Source of the DNA: an uncultured Pelagibacteraceae bacterium
GTDB lineage: Bacteria; Pseudomonadota; Alphaproteobacteria; Pelagibacterales; Pelagibacteraceae
DNA length: 64,000 bases
Direction: 5' to 3'
NCBI GenBank assembly: GCA_902631595.1
Contig: CACOZH010000003.1
Span: forward strand, 8,763 to 72,762
Below the pieces are notes generated by a model. The model was not told the origin of the DNA, searched no databases, and saw only the letters and a list, made by a program, of their open reading frames with translations. Shown piece by piece: positions 58,814-64,000 of the stretch. Position numbers and translations under genes: made by a program. How positions within the stretch are numbered: the first letter of the stretch is position 1; the number at the start of each line of letters is the position of its first letter.

Positions 58814-58962
58814 TAAAGGGAAAATGAGAAAATTATATAAATTTTGAATTCTTATAATTTTACAGGGGCCTAAATAGTCTTTTTCATCATAAAATCAACC
58901 TTTTAATTAACCTCATAAGTTGTCTTATTGATATTTTTTTGAGATCAAATTATGGTGAAATA

Positions 58963-59574
58963 ATGAGAAAAATAGCTCTTTCAATTTCGGAAATTAAAGA
59001 CATCGAAAAAAGGGAGTTTTTAAGATTAGGAGACTCATTTAAGTTAATGGAACAAGCCGGAGAGGCATGTGCAAAACAAATAATAAAAATTTATAAAAAA
59101 AATAGATTTATTGTTATTTGTGGGCCAGGAAACAATGGTGGTGACGGATTGATATTGTCAAATTGTCTAAGCGAACATGGGAAGGAAGTTGACTTATATT
59201 GTTTAGGTAAAAGCAACTACAAAGGGGATAGCCTTAAAGCTTTTAAAAAAAATAAACTTAAAAAAAAATCTCTTGACGAATTAAATGTTAATCAAGATGC
59301 TGTAATTGTTGATGCATTATTTGGTATTGGTCTTAACAAAAAAATTGAGGGTATTTTTAAAGAGTGTGTTGATAAAATTAATAATTCAAAATTAAAAGTT
59401 ATATCTGTAGATATTCCATCGGGAATTTATGGAGATAATGGTAAAGTAATGGGTGAAGCTGTAAAGGCTGATGTTACTTTGGCGCTTCACGCTAAAAAAC
59501 TTGGTCATAAAATGTATCCTGGATCAAAATTATCTGGAAAGATCAAAATAATAGATATAGGCATATATCAATAA
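58963..59574 (+). CDS. nnrE: NAD(P)HX epimerase (YjeF_N)
   Basis: LMEQAG, CGPGNNGGDG, VDALFGIG, SVDIPSG, DIGI. Confidence 0.92.
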   Translation: MRKIALSISEIKDIEKREFLRLGDSFKLMEQAGEACAKQIIKIYKKNRFIVICGPGNNGGDGLILSNCLSEHGKEVDLYCLGKSNYKGDSLKAFKKNKLKKKSLDELNVNQDAVIVDALFGIGLNKKIEGIFKECVDKINNSKLKVISVDIPSGIYGDNGKVMGEAVKADVTLALHAKKLGHKMYPGSKLSGKIKIIDIGIYQ

Positions 59575-59582
59575 TTTTTTTT

Positions 59583-60281
59583 ATGATTGGTATTTTAGGA
59601 GGTATGGGAACACAAGCTGGATTGGATTTGTGCTCTAAACTTTCTATGCTCTATAGAGGAAAATCTGACCAAGAATATCCTAAATTTATTTTGTATAACA
59701 AATCAGATACACCTAATAGACCTGCAAATATTAAAAAATATCACAAAGTTCTGAATGAATTAACTAAAGGGTGTAAATTATTACAAAAGAATAAATGTAA
59801 ATTTATTGTTATGCCGTGTAATACTGCACATTACTGGTATGACGACCTTAAGAAAAAAATTAATATACCAATACTGAGTATGCCTGAGGAAGCTTATAAA
59901 CATACAAAAAAAAATTGTAAGCCTGATTCTAAAATTGGTTTATTATCTACGGAGGCAACAATAAAAACTAAAATATATAATAAATATTTTAATAACAATT
60001 TTTCGTTAGTACATCCCTCTAAAATAGTTCAAAAAAGATTTGTTAATAAAGCTATTAAATTAGTAAAACAAGGAAAAGTAAAAGAGGCATCAAAAGCAAT
60101 TCAGCCAGCAATTACATATTTTAAAAGAATTAAATGTAATAAAATAATATTAGGATGTACTGAGCTACCAGTGGCAGTTTTTGCTTTTAAATCTTATAAG
60201 TTTGCAAAAGAATCAAAAATATTTATTGATCCAAATTTAATTTTAGCTGAGGTTTGCAAAATTAAGTACAAAACTATTTAG
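59583..60281 (+). CDS. Asp/Glu/cysteate racemase family protein
   Basis: IGILGGMG, PCNTAH, GCTELP. Confidence 0.9.
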   Translation: MIGILGGMGTQAGLDLCSKLSMLYRGKSDQEYPKFILYNKSDTPNRPANIKKYHKVLNELTKGCKLLQKNKCKFIVMPCNTAHYWYDDLKKKINIPILSMPEEAYKHTKKNCKPDSKIGLLSTEATIKTKIYNKYFNNNFSLVHPSKIVQKRFVNKAIKLVKQGKVKEASKAIQPAITYFKRIKCNKIILGCTELPVAVFAFKSYKFAKESKIFIDPNLILAEVCKIKYKTI

Positions 60282-60936
60282 AAGGATCAGGAACTTTTCT
60301 TAAATATGGTTTAAGTGCATCCCAGCCATTTGGAAAAAGTTTTTTAGCTTCTTCGTCTTTTACAGCTGGCACAATAATAACATCTTCTCCTTTTTTCCAA
60401 TCTGCAGGTGTTGCAACTTTGTGTTTCGCAGTTAATTGCATTGAATCAATAGCTCTTAATATTTCTAAAAAGTTTCTACCTGTTGCCATTGGATAAGTAA
60501 GAAACAGTCCAACTCTTTTATCAGGTCTAATAATAAAAACTGTTCTAACAGTTTGATTATCTACTGCTGTCCTACCCATGGAAGTGACACCAGCATCTCC
60601 TTCGAGCATATTGTACAGTTTGGCGACTTCTAATTTTTCATCTGCTATAATAGGGTATTCAGGTTTGTAACCGGTTACATCATTAATATCTTTTAACCAT
60701 TTATTATGATCATCAACTGGATCTACACTTAATCCAATAACTTTTACGTTTCTTTTGTCAAATTCTGGTTTCATTCTAGCTAAAGAGCCCAGCTCGGTTG
60801 TACAAACCGGTGTAAAATCTTTTGGGTGAGAAAATAAAACACCCCAACTATCACCTAACCATTCATGAAATGAAATTTCCCCAATTGTTGTATTTGCCTT
60901 AAAATCTGGTGCTAAACTATTTATCTTTAATGTCAT
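60274..60936 (-). CDS. 1-Cys peroxiredoxin (Prx6)
   Basis: FSHPKDFTPVCTTE, YPMATGRNF, ATPADW. Confidence 0.95.
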   Translation of the reverse strand: MTLKINSLAPDFKANTTIGEISFHEWLGDSWGVLFSHPKDFTPVCTTELGSLARMKPEFDKRNVKVIGLSVDPVDDHNKWLKDINDVTGYKPEYPIIADEKLEVAKLYNMLEGDAGVTSMGRTAVDNQTVRTVFIIRPDKRVGLFLTYPMATGRNFLEILRAIDSMQLTAKHKVATPADWKKGEDVIIVPAVKDEEAKKLFPNGWDALKPYLRKVPDPSK

Positions 60937-61005
60937 TATGGTCCTTTATATTTTTTTTAAGATCATTATATAACCACTGCACATATAAACAACAGAGTAA
61001 ATAAA

Positions 61006-61584
61006 ATGAATAAATTTTTGCAATCAATAATCAACAGAGATCCCGCGGCAAAGTCCAAGTTGATAATCATTCTCACTTACCCAGGAGTTAAGGCAGTATT
61101 TTTTTATAAAATCGCAAATTTTTTTTCATTAGCTAAATTTAATTTAGTTGCAAAAATTATTTCTCAGTTTGCAAGATTCCTAACAGGTATAGAAATTCAT
61201 CCGAGTGCTAAAATAGGAAAAAATTTATTCATAGACCATGGCATGGGTGTTGTTATTGGGGAAACATCTGATGTAGGTGATGATGTAACGATTTATCATG
61301 GAGTTACTCTAGGTGGAATATCGCCAAGTATTAATTCTGATCAACAAAGAAATGTTAAAAGACATCCAACAATTAAAAATAATGTTGTCATTGGATCTGG
61401 AGCCCAAATACTTGGTCCAATAATTGTTGGTAAAAATTCCAAAATCGGCTCAAATGCTGTTGTTACTAATGATGTTCCAGAAAATGCAATTATGGTCGGC
61501 ATACCTGCAAGAAATATTGGTGTTTCAACAGATGAGTTTAAACCTTACGCGGTAACAGAAGAGGCTAAAAAAGAAAAAAGATAG
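61006..61584 (+). CDS. cysE: Serine O-acetyltransferase
   Basis: [36 protein letters not shown]. Confidence 0.95.
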   Translation: MNKFLQSIINRDPAAKSKLIIILTYPGVKAVFFYKIANFFSLAKFNLVAKIISQFARFLTGIEIHPSAKIGKNLFIDHGMGVVIGETSDVGDDVTIYHGVTLGGISPSINSDQQRNVKRHPTIKNNVVIGSGAQILGPIIVGKNSKIGSNAVVTNDVPENAIMVGIPARNIGVSTDEFKPYAVTEEAKKEKR

Positions 61585-62585
61585 TGAGTAACTTAAAAAA
61601 TAATTTTATTGAAAGTATAGGCAATACACCTTTAATTAAACTTCAAGCTGCATCAGAAATTACTGGTTGTAATATATATGGTAAAGCAGAGTATTTAAAT
61701 CCAGGAGGATCGGTAAAAGACAGGGCTGCTTTAGCATTGTTAAAAGATGCTCAAGAAAAAAAATTAATTTCTAAGGGTGGGATAGTTGTTGAAGGAACAG
61801 CAGGTAATACAGGTATTGGTTTATGTCTTCTTGGTAATTCACTTGGCTATGAAACTATAATTGTAATGAATGATAATCAAACACAAGAAAAAAAAGATAC
61901 ATTAAAAAATATTGGCGCTAAACTAAAATTAGTTCCTGCAAAACCTTTCAAAGACGATGGAAATTACGTCAAAGTTGCCAAGAGACTTGCAACAGAACTA
62001 AGTAGCACAAATAACCATGGTGTAGTTTTTGCAAATCAATTTGATAATACAGCTAATTCAAAAGGCCATTTTGAAACAACTGGTCCTGAAATTTGGGATC
62101 AAACTAATGGAAAAATAGATGGCTTTATATGCGCATCTGGAACTGGAGGAACCATTAGTGGAGTTAGCAGATATTTAAAAGAAAAAAATAAAGATGTAAA
62201 AATTTATTTATCAGATCCCTCAGGCTCAGCACTTTATAATTATATAATAAATGGTGAATTAAAGTCCGAAGGTGGTTCTATTACTGAAGGCATAGGTTCA
62301 AGTAGAATTACTGCTAATTTTGCAGAAGCTAAAATTGATGGAGCTTTTTCTATTAATGATCATGAGTCTTTACCTTTGCTTTATGATTTAATTAAAAATG
62401 AAGGATTGAGTTTAGGAACCAGTTGTGGAGTAAATATTGCTGGAGCCATAAAATTAGGAAAAGAGCTTGGACCTGGTAAAACTATTGTGACAATACTCTG
62501 TGATAAATCAGATAAGTACAACTCTAAGATGTTTAATAAAGCTTTTTTAAAGGAAAAAGGATTGCCATTTCCTGAGTGGATATAA
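61584..62585 (+). CDS. cysK: Cysteine synthase A
   Basis: IGNTPL, NPGGSVKDR, TAGNTG, TTGPEIW, GTGGT, TILCD. Confidence 0.93.
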   Translation: MSNLKNNFIESIGNTPLIKLQAASEITGCNIYGKAEYLNPGGSVKDRAALALLKDAQEKKLISKGGIVVEGTAGNTGIGLCLLGNSLGYETIIVMNDNQTQEKKDTLKNIGAKLKLVPAKPFKDDGNYVKVAKRLATELSSTNNHGVVFANQFDNTANSKGHFETTGPEIWDQTNGKIDGFICASGTGGTISGVSRYLKEKNKDVKIYLSDPSGSALYNYIINGELKSEGGSITEGIGSSRITANFAEAKIDGAFSINDHESLPLLYDLIKNEGLSLGTSCGVNIAGAIKLGKELGPGKTIVTILCDKSDKYNSKMFNKAFLKEKGLPFPEWI

Positions 62586-62644
62586 TCACGCATAGCTGAA
62601 TTCTATATAAATCGTTAATAAACCAAAAAAAAAGGAGAAAAAAA

Positions 62645-62890
62645 ATGAAAAAAATAATTATAGCACTTTTTTTTGTGTTGTTTGCTACATCAGCTTTTTC
62701 ATACTCATGTCCAATGTTATGGGGAGAAGTTGATGAGCTACTAAAAACAGCAGGAGACAATGGTAAAACTGCTGCACAAATAGATGAGATTAAACAACTA
62801 AGAGAAAAAGGTAAGAAGGCTCATGATGAAGGAAGTCATGAAATGTCTGAAATTTTTTTAAAGAAAGCATTAAAAATATTAAAAAGTTAA
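62645..62890 (+). CDS. Small secreted helical protein
   Basis: AGGAG SD, signal peptide, CP...LR..G..AH..G.H pattern. Confidence 0.75.
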   Translation: MKKIIIALFFVLFATSAFSYSCPMLWGEVDELLKTAGDNGKTAAQIDEIKQLREKGKKAHDEGSHEMSEIFLKKALKILKS

Positions 62891-62938
62891 AATTATAATT
62901 GGTGATTTAAATAATTATTAAAATTAAGGAGTTGTTAA

Positions 62939-63316
62939 ATGAAGAAAATTACATTTTTTATTTTTTCGGTATTATTTGTTACAACAGCAGCTCAAGCTAA
63001 CATGAGTGATACCAATAAAAAAAAAGCATTTGATTGTAGTGGTATTTATATGGCAAATTATTTTCTACCTAGTGGTGAAACATTTGAATATAGTATGAAA
63101 GAAAAATCAATGGCCTCTGTAAAGGTTTTAAAAGCATATGCTTTAGAAATAGGAATTGATGAAAAAGAGTGGGATGATGGAGTCAATAAAGGAGTAGATA
63201 AACATTACGGTTCTAAGTATGATGAAGAAAAAACGAGTGCTTGTCATGCTTTTGTAAATAAGCTTGTGCCAAATGGTGAGGAAAGAGTTAAAAAAGTAAT
63301 ACAGACACTTTATTAA
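62939..63316 (+). CDS. Secreted hypothetical protein with one Cys pair
   Basis: AAGGAG SD, signal peptide ending AQA, two Cys. Confidence 0.75.
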   Translation: MKKITFFIFSVLFVTTAAQANMSDTNKKKAFDCSGIYMANYFLPSGETFEYSMKEKSMASVKVLKAYALEIGIDEKEWDDGVNKGVDKHYGSKYDEEKTSACHAFVNKLVPNGEERVKKVIQTLY

Positions 63317-63326
63317 TTTAAGTAAA

Positions 63327-63617
63327 ATGCCCGCTGGATACGTTATAGCTCAACTTAAAGTAACAAACCCAGAAAACTATAAACATTATGTGGAAAAGGT
63401 GACCGAAGTTGTTAAGAATTTTGGTGGTGAATTTCTTGTTAGAAATGGTGAACATCAGGTTTTTGAGGGAAATGATAAATTTCCAAGAATTATAATAATA
63501 AAATTTCCAAGCTATGAAAGAGCTTTGGAATGGTATAATTCTGAGGAATATAAACCAATAAAACAAATACGTTTGGATAATTCTGAAGGAAGTAACATAA
63601 TAATAAAAGGAATATAA
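63327..63617 (+). CDS. DUF1330 family protein
   Basis: GGEFLVR, FPSYERALEWYNSEEY. Confidence 0.9.
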   Translation: MPAGYVIAQLKVTNPENYKHYVEKVTEVVKNFGGEFLVRNGEHQVFEGNDKFPRIIIIKFPSYERALEWYNSEEYKPIKQIRLDNSEGSNIIIKGI

Positions 63618-63630
63618 AGGAGAAACAAAT

Positions 63631-63951
63631 ATGTCTATACTAGAAAAATATAGTGTTGCAATGAAAAATAAAGATGAAACAGCTATGAATGAACTTTTGC
63701 ATGATGATTTTAAATTCACAATGCATAAATCAGGAAACACTCTAAGCAAAGATGACGTTATCAAATGGGCTATGAGTGGAGATATAAAACAAGATAAAGT
63801 GAGAATTATTTACGAAAACAATGAGGTTGGAATACATCATGCATTCGTAACATTTGATGATGGAAATGTTGAGGCCGTAATGGCAGTTTATAAATATGAC
63901 AATGGAAAAATTGTTAGTTTAGAAACTGGTGCCACACCAATGCCAAAGTAA
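63631..63951 (+). CDS. NTF2/SnoaL-like protein
   Basis: LLHDDF, C-terminal beta meander ending GKIVSLETGAT. Confidence 0.8.
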   Translation: MSILEKYSVAMKNKDETAMNELLHDDFKFTMHKSGNTLSKDDVIKWAMSGDIKQDKVRIIYENNEVGIHHAFVTFDDGNVEAVMAVYKYDNGKIVSLETGATPMPK

Positions 63952-64000
63952 GTGAGTGTTATTGATTTTTATTTTTCAATAGGAAGTACTTATACTTATC
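63952..64000 (+). CDS. 5' end of a DsbA/HCCA-isomerase family gene (partial)
   Basis: GTG start, (M)SVIDFYFSIGSTYTY. Confidence 0.7.
   Translation, partial: MSVIDFYFSIGSTYTY

Noticed and set aside
58808-58905. Possible frameshifted micro-ORF (...YDEKDYLGPCKIIRIQ...) on the minus strand
   Set aside because: No in-frame start codon without assuming an indel; cannot be supported without homologues
63318-63764. 148-aa minus-strand ORF
   Set aside because: Antisense to the well-supported DUF1330 and NTF2-like genes

Overview
AT-rich, gene-dense window with very short intergenic spacers, typical of a streamlined marine alphaproteobacterium of the SAR11/Pelagibacterales type (inferred from gene content: aprMBA with no sat in the window, thiV-like symporter with a TPP-type leader, xsc, suyAB, aceA with an ScfR/RamB regulator, TAXI-TRAP). 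It runs from clpX-clpP-tig-tRNA-Leu through an organosulfonate/sulfite block (GcvT-like flavoprotein, xsc, suyAB, tauE, aprMBA, HIT protein), pabBAC, metC, mnmA, cysQ, recX, amtB, hup, rseP, thiV, znuABC-zur, aceA/ramB, arsC-aquaporin, TRAP transport and cysE/cysK. I see no mobile element, prophage or CRISPR array. The best leads are (1) an unannotated ~150-nt multi-hairpin RNA after zur, preceded by mirror-image promoter-like elements, (2) a TPP-riboswitch variant with a degenerate pyrophosphate-sensing arm in front of thiV, (3) a possible sat-independent sulfite-to-sulfate route (AprMBA plus an adjacent HIT protein) fed by sulfonate lyases and a sarcosine-dehydrogenase-like gene coupled to xsc, (4) a 27-aa Lys/Arg-rich peptide gene, and (5) a RamB regulator with a duplicated HTH facing 9-bp-phased operator repeats. 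All calls come from reading the sequence and recognising motifs; no database searches were run.
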